Below, one piece after another: positions 39,967 through 49,335 of a stretch of 64,000 nucleotides of DNA (the stretch's first letter is position 1; every line of letters begins with the position of its first letter). The notes under the pieces are model-generated. The model saw only the letters and a program-made list of their open reading frames with translations. It was not told the DNA's origin and ran no database searches. The position numbers were made by a program, and so were the translations under genes. Source of the DNA: Bacteroidales bacterium (GTDB lineage: Bacteria; Bacteroidota; Bacteroidia; Bacteroidales; VadinHA17); assembly GCA_016928075.1 (NCBI GenBank), contig JAFGLJ010000038.1, forward strand, positions 51,302-115,301. The letters run 5' to 3'.

Positions 39967-40692
39967 TCAATCCCTGATGCAACGAACGGAACGACCATTG
40001 CGCTTATCGAGGTTAGACCGGTCCACATCACAGGAACAGTAATTCAGACGCCGGTACCAGGCAGTACTGGCATCGCTCTCCGTAGCACTCCACCAGACAC
40101 CGAGGTAGCCATTACGGTCAAACACTCCGGTTTCTTTACGGAAGCCCCCCGGCATAGCTGTAAAACTGCTTTCATTGGTTGCCCCTTCATTTGGATCGCC
40201 CCAATGAGCAGTACCAGCTTCCTTTAATTTGCCTCCTTCACCGGTTCCCCGGAAACCAGTATTATCGGCATCAATTTGACTCATGCCCAGATACATTTCC
40301 AGCTGTTTCCATTCTGAATCTGTGGGCACATGCCAGCCGTCAGGACAAAGCTTCCCGGTTTCGACAGCGTACCAGTTGTATAGAGCGCCATAAATATTTT
40401 TGTGACTTGCTTCATCATTATCATACCAGCAATAGGCGGGTGTTGACAGAGTTCCCCATGTGTTATCATCAGTCACAAGTGGTATGGCTGTACCATCGTT
40501 GTACCGGGTGACCTTGAGATTCTCGCCCAACCATACCTGACTGCCAATAGTAATTATGGAGTATTTATTACCGTCTATGTCGGCAATATGTTCATTACCT
40601 TCTTCTTTTTCGCAACTGGTGATAATACAAAGAGTAATGAAAAGAAGACATGTAATAACTAAACTGTTTTCAAATGGAGGTTTACTTTTCAT
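39967..40692 (-). CDS. FISUMP (Fibrobacter succinogenes major paralogous) domain lipoprotein
   Basis: DIDGNKY..I.IG.QVW..ENL; YGALYNW; CPDGWHVPT..EW; SVRCIRD. Confidence 0.93.
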   Translation of the reverse strand: MKSKPPFENSLVITCLLFITLCIITSCEKEEGNEHIADIDGNKYSIITIGSQVWLGENLKVTRYNDGTAIPLVTDDNTWGTLSTPAYCWYDNDEASHKNIYGALYNWYAVETGKLCPDGWHVPTDSEWKQLEMYLGMSQIDADNTGFRGTGEGGKLKEAGTAHWGDPNEGATNESSFTAMPGGFRKETGVFDRNGYLGVWWSATESDASTAWYRRLNYCSCDVDRSNLDKRNGRSVRCIRD

Positions 40693-40853
40693 AGCATATT
40701 CTTTAAAAACAGGGCTTGGATTACACTAACCGGTTTTAGTTTTAATATTGGTTTTTAAGTTTTGCTAATAGCAAGATAAGAAATAATCTCTTTAAAGTCC
40801 AGAGAGTGTTTTGATGCTTTCCCACCATCAATGACTATGATAGGGATATCATC

Positions 40854-40927
40854 AGTTGAATTGTTGAATTGTTAAGATGTTTAATCGGGATAAATTCAAC
40901 ACCTCAACACTTCAACACCTCAACAAA
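40854..40927. repeat. Inverted octamer tandem tracts
   Basis: gttgaatt gttgaatt gttaagat... then ttcaacac ctcaacac ttcaacac ctcaacaa. Confidence 0.75.
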
Positions 40928-40969
40928 TTATAGGATTATTCCTATTTTTGGACAATAACAAACATTGAG

Positions 40970-42376
40970 ATGGCCCGCAGAAAGAAACCATTACTGGAAA
41001 GAGTTGAGATAACTGCAATCGGAGCTGAGGGCAAAGCCCTGGGCAGGGTGGATGATATGGTCGTATTTGTTCCTATGCTTGTGCCGGGTGATATAGTTGA
41101 TATACAGGTTACGCGGAAGAGAAAGAATTATATGGAGGGGTACGTTGTTAAACACCACAAATACTCCGGTATGAGACAGGAGCCCGTGTGCAGCCATTTC
41201 GGGATATGTGGTGGCTGCAAGTGGCAGCACCTGCCATATGAAAAACAACTTGAATTTAAACAGCAGCAGGTAGTTGATAATTTTACTCGTATCGGCAAAT
41301 TCAGTTTCCCGGAAATAAGACCTATCATAGGTTCTGACAACGAGTATCATTATCGTAATAAGCTCGAGTATACCTTTTCAAACCGGCGCTGGCTGACAGA
41401 AGAGGAAATAGGTTCAGGTAATGATATAAGCAGCAGGAACGCCCTGGGATTCCATGTGCCGGGAATGTTCGACAGGGTTGTGGATGTAGAAAAATGCTAT
41501 CTGCAGGATGATGTTTCAAACAAGATAAGAAACGGTATAAAAGACTATGCACTCAGGAATAATCTTGAATTTTATGATTCGAAAGAGCATAAGGGATATC
41601 TGCGCACACTGGTTATCAGGACTTCTTCTGAGGGAGAGCTGATGGTTGTACTCAATATGGCATATGAAGACAAAAAGAAAGGAGAGAAATTACTGAAATA
41701 TATCCGTGACAGTTTTCCTGAGATGACATCGCTGATGTATGTTATCAATCCCAAACTGAACGATACTTTCAATGATCTGGATGTAAAGCTTTTTTACGGC
41801 AGGGATCATATAATTGATAGGATGGGTGATCTGAAGTTCAGGATAGGCCCCAAATCCTTTTTCCAGACAAATACTCAACAGGCGCAGAAGTTATATTCTG
41901 TTGCCCGGGATTTTGCAGGTCTTACAGGCAGTAATATAGTATATGACCTGTATACCGGTACGGGTACAATAGCTAACTTCATTGCAGGTAAGAGCAGGAA
42001 AGTAATAGGTTTGGAATCTGTACCTGAAGCAATAACAGATGCAAGACTTAATGCACAGATAAACGGCATTACAAACACTGAATTTTTCAGCGGGGATATA
42101 AAGGACCTGGTTGATAATGAATTCATTGAAAGCCATGGCAGACCTGATGTTATCATCACCGATCCTCCCAGGGCGGGGATGCATGAATCGGTTGTAAGAG
42201 CGATAATGAAGGCAAGTCCCGAAATTTTGGTCTATGTAAGCTGCAATCCCGCAACGCAGGCGAGGGATATTGCCATCCTGGCCGGTAAGTATGAAGTTAC
42301 TGCCATTCAGCCGGTGGATATGTTCCCGCAGACGCATCATGTGGAGAATGTAACGCTGTTGCGACGAACGACGTAA
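40970..42376 (+). CDS. rlmD: 23S rRNA (uracil-1939-C5)-methyltransferase
   Basis: TRAM domain; C.HF..CGGC; YRNK; SFFQTN; DLYTGTGTI; DPPRAG; YVSCNPAT; DMFPQT.HVE. Confidence 0.96.
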   Translation: MARRKKPLLERVEITAIGAEGKALGRVDDMVVFVPMLVPGDIVDIQVTRKRKNYMEGYVVKHHKYSGMRQEPVCSHFGICGGCKWQHLPYEKQLEFKQQQVVDNFTRIGKFSFPEIRPIIGSDNEYHYRNKLEYTFSNRRWLTEEEIGSGNDISSRNALGFHVPGMFDRVVDVEKCYLQDDVSNKIRNGIKDYALRNNLEFYDSKEHKGYLRTLVIRTSSEGELMVVLNMAYEDKKKGEKLLKYIRDSFPEMTSLMYVINPKLNDTFNDLDVKLFYGRDHIIDRMGDLKFRIGPKSFFQTNTQQAQKLYSVARDFAGLTGSNIVYDLYTGTGTIANFIAGKSRKVIGLESVPEAITDARLNAQINGITNTEFFSGDIKDLVDNEFIESHGRPDVIITDPPRAGMHESVVRAIMKASPEILVYVSCNPATQARDIAILAGKYEVTAIQPVDMFPQTHHVENVTLLRRTT

Positions 42377-42495
42377 GACTAGCGACCAAAGGAAGATAAA
42401 GGCTGAGGTAAAGGATTGTCGGGTAAATAACTGTCAAAACCCATCATTCCATTAATCCATCATTCCATTATTCCATTGAAATATCTCACCACTCA

Positions 42496-43427
42496 TTACT
42501 CATCTCTTATATTGTATAAGCTGAACTCTTTCACCAGCGGCTCTTTAATAGAGCTGGTAATTATTAGTCTGAATTCTTTTGCTTCAACCTGATCAAATTC
42601 CTGTATACGTTTATTACCTATTGATGTACCCCTGCCAATAACTTTCCATCTCCCGTTCAATCTTGCTTCGACTGAATATTCACGTACTCTTTGTCCCTGT
42701 GAAATATCTTCCCGTATAACAAGTGTATTTACAGTATTTTTTTGGTTAAGTGTAATATTCACTTCATTCCCGGAATCTGAGGTGTATGCTACCGGATCTG
42801 AAAATCTTCTGGTAATCTCATCCCCAAATTCCTTAAGTCTTTTTACATCAGATTCAGGCAGCAGTCCATCCGGACCGGGCGTGAGCCCAAGGATAAGCGT
42901 TGAATTATGACCCACCGACCTGTAATACATATCGACGAGGTTTTCAAGGGGATAAATATGCTCTTCATCACCCGGTTCCCAGAACCATTCATGCCTTCCA
43001 TTATAGCCCCTCAGTGGAGCGTCTGACATTGCTGCCATCCAGTATTCCCCTTCTGGGTCTCCATGTTTAAGCAACAGGTAGCGCTCAGCCTCAGTTTCAC
43101 CTGAATGGGAATAATAGTTCGGGAAAGTTGACCAGCAGGGGTAGGGTACAGTTCCTGATTCACTTCCTCCCCAGCGGGCTTCAGCAAGCTGTTCATTATG
43201 ATAGAAAAGAGCTCCTGGCTGGTGTTTCTTTACTATGGGCAGTACATCCGGTGCTCCCTTATCGGGATGGCTTGCACCGCCGTCGAACCATATTTCAAAA
43301 AGATCACCATACCCGGTACAAAGTTCCTCGACCATTCCAGTTGTGATTTGTTAGGTATCGGGATATCCTGGCTGCAGGCAAAGAGTTGGAAAAACAGCAA
43401 AAAAGAGATGACTAAAAGGTATTTCAT
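42496..43427 (-). pseudogene. Alpha-L-fucosidase (GH29) with internal deletion and frameshift
   Basis: Signal peptide plus P..P..SQLEW (from 43427) joins out of frame to MVEELCTGYGDLFEIWFDGG; WFW.P, YY.SVG.N and IG.KRI motifs follow. Confidence 0.8.
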
Positions 43428-43437
43428 TGTAAGTTAC

Positions 43438-43622
43438 GTGTTGCTCGTTGCTCGTTCCTGGTTGCTCGTTCCTGGTTGCTTGGGTACTAGTATAGCCTGC
43501 AATAGATACGGTTGGTCAATTCAATTATCAGTCCTCAGTCTTCAGTCCTCAGTCGCCAGCTAGAAGATTTAAATATTCTATACAGTATCAGACCGCCAAC
43601 TGCCGACTGCCAACTGCCGACT
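43438..43622. repeat. Heptamer tandem-repeat cluster
   Basis: (gttgctc/gttcctg)n; (tcagtcc/tcagtct)n; opposed (actgccg/actgcca)n. Confidence 0.8.
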
Positions 43623-43630
43623 CTTATACA

Positions 43631-45451
43631 TTATCCAGTGCCATTCTTATTTCTCCTCTCGATATACTTCCTGCTTATCTTTTCCTCAGGATGATCATGA
43701 GAGAAATCTACCCAGTATTGCCGTATAGTTCCCCTGATGTCACTGTGAAGTACCAGCAAGCCAATCAGGTTCGGTATGGTCATAAGGGCTATGGTTATAT
43801 ATGATAATGACCATATAATTGTAGTATCGGTGAAGGATGCAATAAAGAACATCACAACATATACAATGCGGTAATATATCACTGAATTAGGGCCAATCAA
43901 GTAAGTGAGTGCCCTGTCGCCATAATACGACCAGGAAATTGCTGTTGAAAACGCAAACAGTAGAAGTCCTATTGCTACTATATACTGTCCCCAGTGGCCG
44001 AAGAAACCCATTTCAAAAGCCTTTGCCGTAAGGGGCGCACTGTGCATGAGCGATTTCCCTTCTATTACAATTTTCTCCGATGATGATTTTATAAACAGGC
44101 CTTTTATCCTTTCACCCATAGTTGGTTTATCCTTCTCATCAATTACCAGCTTTCCTGCGGAAATATTTAAGGTACCGGTATAGGGCTCTGTTCCTTTCAG
44201 GAATTTAAAGTCCTCAGCCAGGGACTCAGCGTGTAGAAGGCTTATTCCGGGGGTAGTGAGGATACCTTCTTCTACGCTAATTGTACCTTCATACAAATCA
44301 AGCTTAGGCAGGCTTTTATCTTTGCTTATGTGGTTGCCCAGTATCCTGATACCCTCTTCCGTCTGGTCAGTGTATTCACCGACAACAAATTCCATATCGG
44401 CTTCCTGGAACTGGTTTATGTGTTTCTTATCCCATGTTCCCGATGAAAGCAATACCAGACCCGTAAGGGTGCATATGCATATTGTGTCTATAAATGGTTC
44501 AAGTATGGCAACCATACCCTCGGATACTGGTTCCGGTGCCCGTGCTGCCGAGTGTGCTATCGGGGCTGATCCCTGTCCTGCTTCATTTGAAAAAAGCCCC
44601 CTGTTTACCCCGCGGTTGATAGTCCATGAAAGAGATGCCCCAAGAAAACCCCCTATTGTTGCTTCAGTTCCGAATACACCATCACGGAAAATGGCTATAA
44701 AAGAAGGTATTATATTTTCATAATTCTTGCATATTACTGCCAGTGCACCGACAAGATAAATGAGAGCCATGGCAGGGACCAGGGTGGACGTTACTTTGGC
44801 GATCCTTTTTATACCACCGATAATAACCAGCCCGAGCAATACAGCCAGAATAAAACCTGTAATTATATGGTTAATGCCAAATGTGGCAAAAACCGAGTTT
44901 GATATACTGTTTATCTGTGGAAGACTTCCTGTACCGAAAGAACTGAGCACCGTGGCAACAGCGAAAAAACCACCCATGACAAAACCGACTTTAATTACTT
45001 TTCCGTTGCGAAGGTTAATATTTAACTTTTTCTTCATATAATACATCGGGCCACCCGATACAGTACCATCCGGCAGGATATCCCTGTTCTTGTGGGAGAT
45101 GGAGACTTCAACAAATTTGGTACACATACCTATCATTGCTGTTACCAGCATCCAGAATAATGCCCCTGGCCCTCCCAGATGAATGGCAAGTGCAACGCCG
45201 GCAATATTGCCGGTACCTACTGTACCTGACAGGGCGGTTGACAATGCCTGGAAGTGACTGGTATCCCCTACATCCTTGCTATGGTCATATTTACCCTTTA
45301 CTATCCTGATCGCATGTTTAAAATATCTTATCTGTGGAAAACCGAGGTAAAGGGTGAAAAAAATACCGGTACCAAGAAGCAAAAAGACAAACCACGGATG
45401 ACCTCCGATATACCCGTCAAGTTTTATGAGAAAGTCGTTTATTGCCTGCAT
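43631..45451 (-). CDS. Alanine/glycine:cation symporter (AGCS family)
   Basis: TVGTGNIAGVA; GGPGALFWM; GGPMYY; RGLFSNEAGQGSAPIAH; FAFST.ISW.YYG. Confidence 0.95.
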   Translation of the reverse strand: MQAINDFLIKLDGYIGGHPWFVFLLLGTGIFFTLYLGFPQIRYFKHAIRIVKGKYDHSKDVGDTSHFQALSTALSGTVGTGNIAGVALAIHLGGPGALFWMLVTAMIGMCTKFVEVSISHKNRDILPDGTVSGGPMYYMKKKLNINLRNGKVIKVGFVMGGFFAVATVLSSFGTGSLPQINSISNSVFATFGINHIITGFILAVLLGLVIIGGIKRIAKVTSTLVPAMALIYLVGALAVICKNYENIIPSFIAIFRDGVFGTEATIGGFLGASLSWTINRGVNRGLFSNEAGQGSAPIAHSAARAPEPVSEGMVAILEPFIDTICICTLTGLVLLSSGTWDKKHINQFQEADMEFVVGEYTDQTEEGIRILGNHISKDKSLPKLDLYEGTISVEEGILTTPGISLLHAESLAEDFKFLKGTEPYTGTLNISAGKLVIDEKDKPTMGERIKGLFIKSSSEKIVIEGKSLMHSAPLTAKAFEMGFFGHWGQYIVAIGLLLFAFSTAISWSYYGDRALTYLIGPNSVIYYRIVYVVMFFIASFTDTTIIWSLSYITIALMTIPNLIGLLVLHSDIRGTIRQYWVDFSHDHPEEKISRKYIERRNKNGTG

Positions 45452-45950
45452 TATTTTGGATTTGGATTCTCAATAATGCCAACAAATGTAATAATTAAAT
45501 GATAAGAAGAAAGTATAATAATTATGCTAGATAATATAGAAACCTTGACAATATGCTTGTTTAAATTTCTTCTAAATACGGATTTAAAATGGTTCAGCAT
45601 GAGAATGAACATTATGATATGATATCATAAAACTAAATAATAGTTTTTCAATTAATACCGAAATCCATGTTTAAAGGGAAGATAAGAATTTGCGGCACTA
45701 CTTACTCCTGACTCTGAAGGGATGTATTTTGGAACCCTGACAAAAACATGCAGTTCAAACAGTATGTTGGTTCCATGTTGTGCAATGTGTCGCGTACAGA
45801 ACAGTGCGAACCCCTGGTCATGCGGGTGAGTCAATGAAAACACGGTAAAGATTATATTGTTAATTCCGGGCTGAGTTTTCGTTATTTTGAAAGGAGTGCT
45901 TATCTTAGTCATATCTAATCACACATCCTTTAACTTAAAGAAAAATAATT

Positions 45951-46340
45951 ATGACTAAAAAAAGCAATATCCTTCTTTCTCTAACTCTCATTCTGGGTCT
46001 TATAAGCCTTACTGCCATGTCTGCTACAGTTAAAGACCCGGCTGGGAAATGGAAGTTCACCGCACCAGGTGCACCTTATGGTTATGACCAGGGATTAATA
46101 GAAATAGTTAAAGAGGCTGATGAATATAAGGCAACCCTTTCATTTACAGGAATGGATTATAAATTTGAACTCGAGAAGGTGAAATTCGAAGAAGAGAAAC
46201 TCAGCTTTAACCTGTACCTGGAGGGAGAGGATATTTATGTATTGATGTCATTCAGTGAAGAGGATAAACTCGCGGGGAAGGCTATATACTCGCAGGGAGA
46301 AGTGGCACTTTATGCCACAAGGGAGTTGATAGAAGAATAA
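45951..46340 (+). CDS. Hypothetical secreted small beta-barrel protein
   Basis: Signal peptide; GKWKF.AP.APYGY motif. Confidence 0.75.
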   Translation: MTKKSNILLSLTLILGLISLTAMSATVKDPAGKWKFTAPGAPYGYDQGLIEIVKEADEYKATLSFTGMDYKFELEKVKFEEEKLSFNLYLEGEDIYVLMSFSEEDKLAGKAIYSQGEVALYATRELIEE

Positions 46341-46424
46341 ACCTCAGCCGGTTATATTCAATAATATTATGTACTTTTATTTATTAATACGGCTGATTCA
46401 TGATAAAATTCAATCTTTAATAAT

Positions 46425-48401
46425 ATGAAAAGAATTATACTCCCACTTTTCTTTTTAGCTTGTTTCATATATGCGAGGGGTCAGGTAATATTCTATGAAC
46501 CCATGAGTGAGAGGCTGACCGGTTACAGCATGGATGTTGAACTTGATCCTGAGACAAAAACTGTCTCGGGTTCGATGGAAGCTTACTGGGTTAACAATTC
46601 AAGAAAATGGGTGCCTGACATTCAAATGCATATGTACCTTAATGCATTCAGCAGCAACAGAAGCACCTTCTATAATGAGAATCACGGATCACCAGGAAGC
46701 AGTGAAATAGATTACGGATGGATAACAATCAATAACATCATTAACCATAAGGGCACGGACCTGAAAAGGCATATGGAATATATTCAACCGGATGATGGTA
46801 ATCCATATGATAAGACAGTATTGCGCATAATCCTTGCTGAGCCCGTGGCACCTGGTGACACTGCACTTCTTTATATCGATTTTACATCGAAGCTGCCGTC
46901 GAACATAAGGAGAACAGGGTTCACGGATGATTTCTTTTTTGTGGCACAGTGGTTTCCGAAATTCGGGGTTTACGAAACTAAAGGAATGCGCAATGTTGAA
47001 AAAGACGGGTGGAACTGCCACCAGTTTCATGCAAATTCGGAGTTCTATGCCAATCATAGTGTTTATAAAGTCAGAATTAAGGTTCCTGGAGAATATATAG
47101 TTGGTAGCGGAGGCCAGCTGATAAGCGAGGAGATAAATGACGAGGGTTTTAAGATATTAAATTACAGGGCTGAAGATATTGTCGATTTTGCATGGACAGC
47201 ATGGCCGGGATATAAGGAATATGAAGATCAATGGGAACATGTGAAAATAAGATTCCTTTCACCCCCGGGAAGGGAGGACCAGGTAGACAGGCAATTTACA
47301 GCTGTGAAGAATGCCCTTGAATACCTGAATGAACACGTAGGCCCTTTCCCATGGCCTCACCTCACTTTTGTGGATCCACCTGCAAAAGGTGCCGGTGCAG
47401 GGGGTATGGAATATACAACAATATTCACTTCAGCAAGCGCCCCCAGGATGCCGGAGTTTATTAATATGCCGGATATGGTTACTGTTCATGAATTCGGACA
47501 TTCATATTTTATGGGCATGCTCGCCACTAACGAATTTGAAGAACCATGGATGGACGAAGGAATAAATTCGTACTGGGAGTCAAGGATAATGGATCATTAT
47601 TACGGACCGGGCAAGGGAATAATTAATCATAAGTACTTCTGGCTTTCCGACAAGGAGAGCCAACGAATGGGATATGTATACTCCTCAAACAGGACCGTTT
47701 CAGATAACAGCCCGTATGCATGGCAATATCCCCATGGTTCCTATGGCATGCTTTCATACCAGAAAGCCACCACGTGGCTGCTTACAATGCAGGGGATAGT
47801 GGGAGAGGAAACTATGGATGAGATATTCAGGACATACTATAAGGAATGGGCATTTAAACACCCCTCAGCAAAGGATTTTATAAAGATCACAAACCGTGTC
47901 GTAACCAGAATGCACGGTGATAAATACGGGGAAAATATGAACTGGTTTTTTGATCAGACCCTTTACGGAACAGGAATAGTTGATTATAAGCTGGCAGGAA
48001 TATCAAACCATAAGGAAAGGTCGTTCAGAGGAATGGTAAACACAGATACTGCAGGAATGATCTTGCGGAAAGATGATATGGCAGGTGATACCCTGTATAC
48101 ATCTGTTGTCAGAGTGGAAAGGCTGGGAGAAGTTAAACTGCCCGTGGAAATAAAAATCCTTTTTGAAGACGGGACGGAATTGACTGAATACTGGCATGGC
48201 AAAAGCAGATATATAGATTATGAATATTCAGGACCTAATAAAATAATCAGGGCTGTTATTGACCCTGACTATAAGATACCCATGGATGTAGATTATATTA
48301 ATAACTCCTATACGATTAAACCGGATACGGTTCCTCAGAAAAGAATAATAAGGAAACTATTGACCTTCATGCAGTTTTTAACACATATTATCTCATTATA
48401 A
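46425..48401 (+). CDS. M1 family metallopeptidase
   Basis: GGMEY; HEFGH..E (WMDEG); Y.K motif. Confidence 0.93.
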   Translation: MKRIILPLFFLACFIYARGQVIFYEPMSERLTGYSMDVELDPETKTVSGSMEAYWVNNSRKWVPDIQMHMYLNAFSSNRSTFYNENHGSPGSSEIDYGWITINNIINHKGTDLKRHMEYIQPDDGNPYDKTVLRIILAEPVAPGDTALLYIDFTSKLPSNIRRTGFTDDFFFVAQWFPKFGVYETKGMRNVEKDGWNCHQFHANSEFYANHSVYKVRIKVPGEYIVGSGGQLISEEINDEGFKILNYRAEDIVDFAWTAWPGYKEYEDQWEHVKIRFLSPPGREDQVDRQFTAVKNALEYLNEHVGPFPWPHLTFVDPPAKGAGAGGMEYTTIFTSASAPRMPEFINMPDMVTVHEFGHSYFMGMLATNEFEEPWMDEGINSYWESRIMDHYYGPGKGIINHKYFWLSDKESQRMGYVYSSNRTVSDNSPYAWQYPHGSYGMLSYQKATTWLLTMQGIVGEETMDEIFRTYYKEWAFKHPSAKDFIKITNRVVTRMHGDKYGENMNWFFDQTLYGTGIVDYKLAGISNHKERSFRGMVNTDTAGMILRKDDMAGDTLYTSVVRVERLGEVKLPVEIKILFEDGTELTEYWHGKSRYIDYEYSGPNKIIRAVIDPDYKIPMDVDYINNSYTIKPDTVPQKRIIRKLLTFMQFLTHIISL

Positions 48402-48413
48402 AAACCAGGCAGT

Positions 48414-49268
48414 ATGAAATTTATTAAAGCGTTTACCGGGGGTGCTACAAGGGCATTTCGTTCTTTTAAAGCCCTGTTAATCATATGGTTGCTCACTTTT
48501 TCAGTGCTGGCAGTTTTTTCATTCCCTTTGAAATCATTTTTAAATAATGCCCTCGGGAGTACAGCATCAACCAGTTTATTAAAAGATGGATTTGATATTA
48601 GTTATTTTTTTAACCTGGGCAACTCGTTTGTCCCAATGATGTCAGCCATTTCCGGTGGTATATTAATAGTGTTGTTGATATTCTTTTTCCTCTATACATT
48701 CCTTAACGGGGGACTATTTGATTCACTTCTGGCAAATAGATGGAATTATAAGCCAAGCGACTTCTTCAGGTCATCTACAAGATACTTCCTGTCGTACCTC
48801 GTTATAATGTTGCTTGTTATACTGATGATAACGATTGTATTGTTTCTTGTAGTCGGTTTACCACTTATTATCCAGGGTGCCGGTTCATCAGGTTCAGAAG
48901 AGGCAACGTTGAAGCTTGTGTCAATACTCAGATTTGTCGTATTACTTATATTGCCCATATTCCTCCTGGTGGCAGATTATGCAAGGGTATGGCTTGCTGC
49001 AAATAAACATTGTAAGATTTTTAAGGCCCTTGGCTACGGGTTTAAGGGTACTTTTAAATCTTTTTTCGGCTCTTATTTCTTCATGCTGGTCATGGTAATT
49101 GTGCAGGCATTATATGTTGCGCTGGTAGTAAAAATTCTATCCGGCTATACTCCCGATACAGCCGGAGGAATTTTTTTGTTGTTCCTTCTTTCCCAGGTAC
49201 TTTTCTTTATTAAGTTATACCTGAGGGCACTGAGATACGGTGGTGTTGCTGCATTATACCAGATATGA
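48414..49268 (+). CDS. Hypothetical multi-pass membrane protein
   Basis: About 6 hydrophobic helices; DYAR motif; co-directional with the M1 peptidase. Confidence 0.8.
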   Translation: MKFIKAFTGGATRAFRSFKALLIIWLLTFSVLAVFSFPLKSFLNNALGSTASTSLLKDGFDISYFFNLGNSFVPMMSAISGGILIVLLIFFFLYTFLNGGLFDSLLANRWNYKPSDFFRSSTRYFLSYLVIMLLVILMITIVLFLVVGLPLIIQGAGSSGSEEATLKLVSILRFVVLLILPIFLLVADYARVWLAANKHCKIFKALGYGFKGTFKSFFGSYFFMLVMVIVQALYVALVVKILSGYTPDTAGGIFLLFLLSQVLFFIKLYLRALRYGGVAALYQI

Positions 49269-49269
49269 A

Positions 49270-49335
49270 CTATTAGTTATTAGCTATTAGTTATGAGTTA
49301 TGAATTGATAATTCATAATTCATCATTCATAATTT
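49270..49335. repeat. Inverted heptamer tracts between convergent genes
   Basis: (tattagt/tattagc/tatgagt)n facing (attcata/attcatc)n. Confidence 0.7.

Noticed and set aside
45452-45950. Glycine riboswitch upstream of the AGCS symporter
   Set aside because: No GGAGA...CCGAAG...CTCTCAGG core seen on the minus strand
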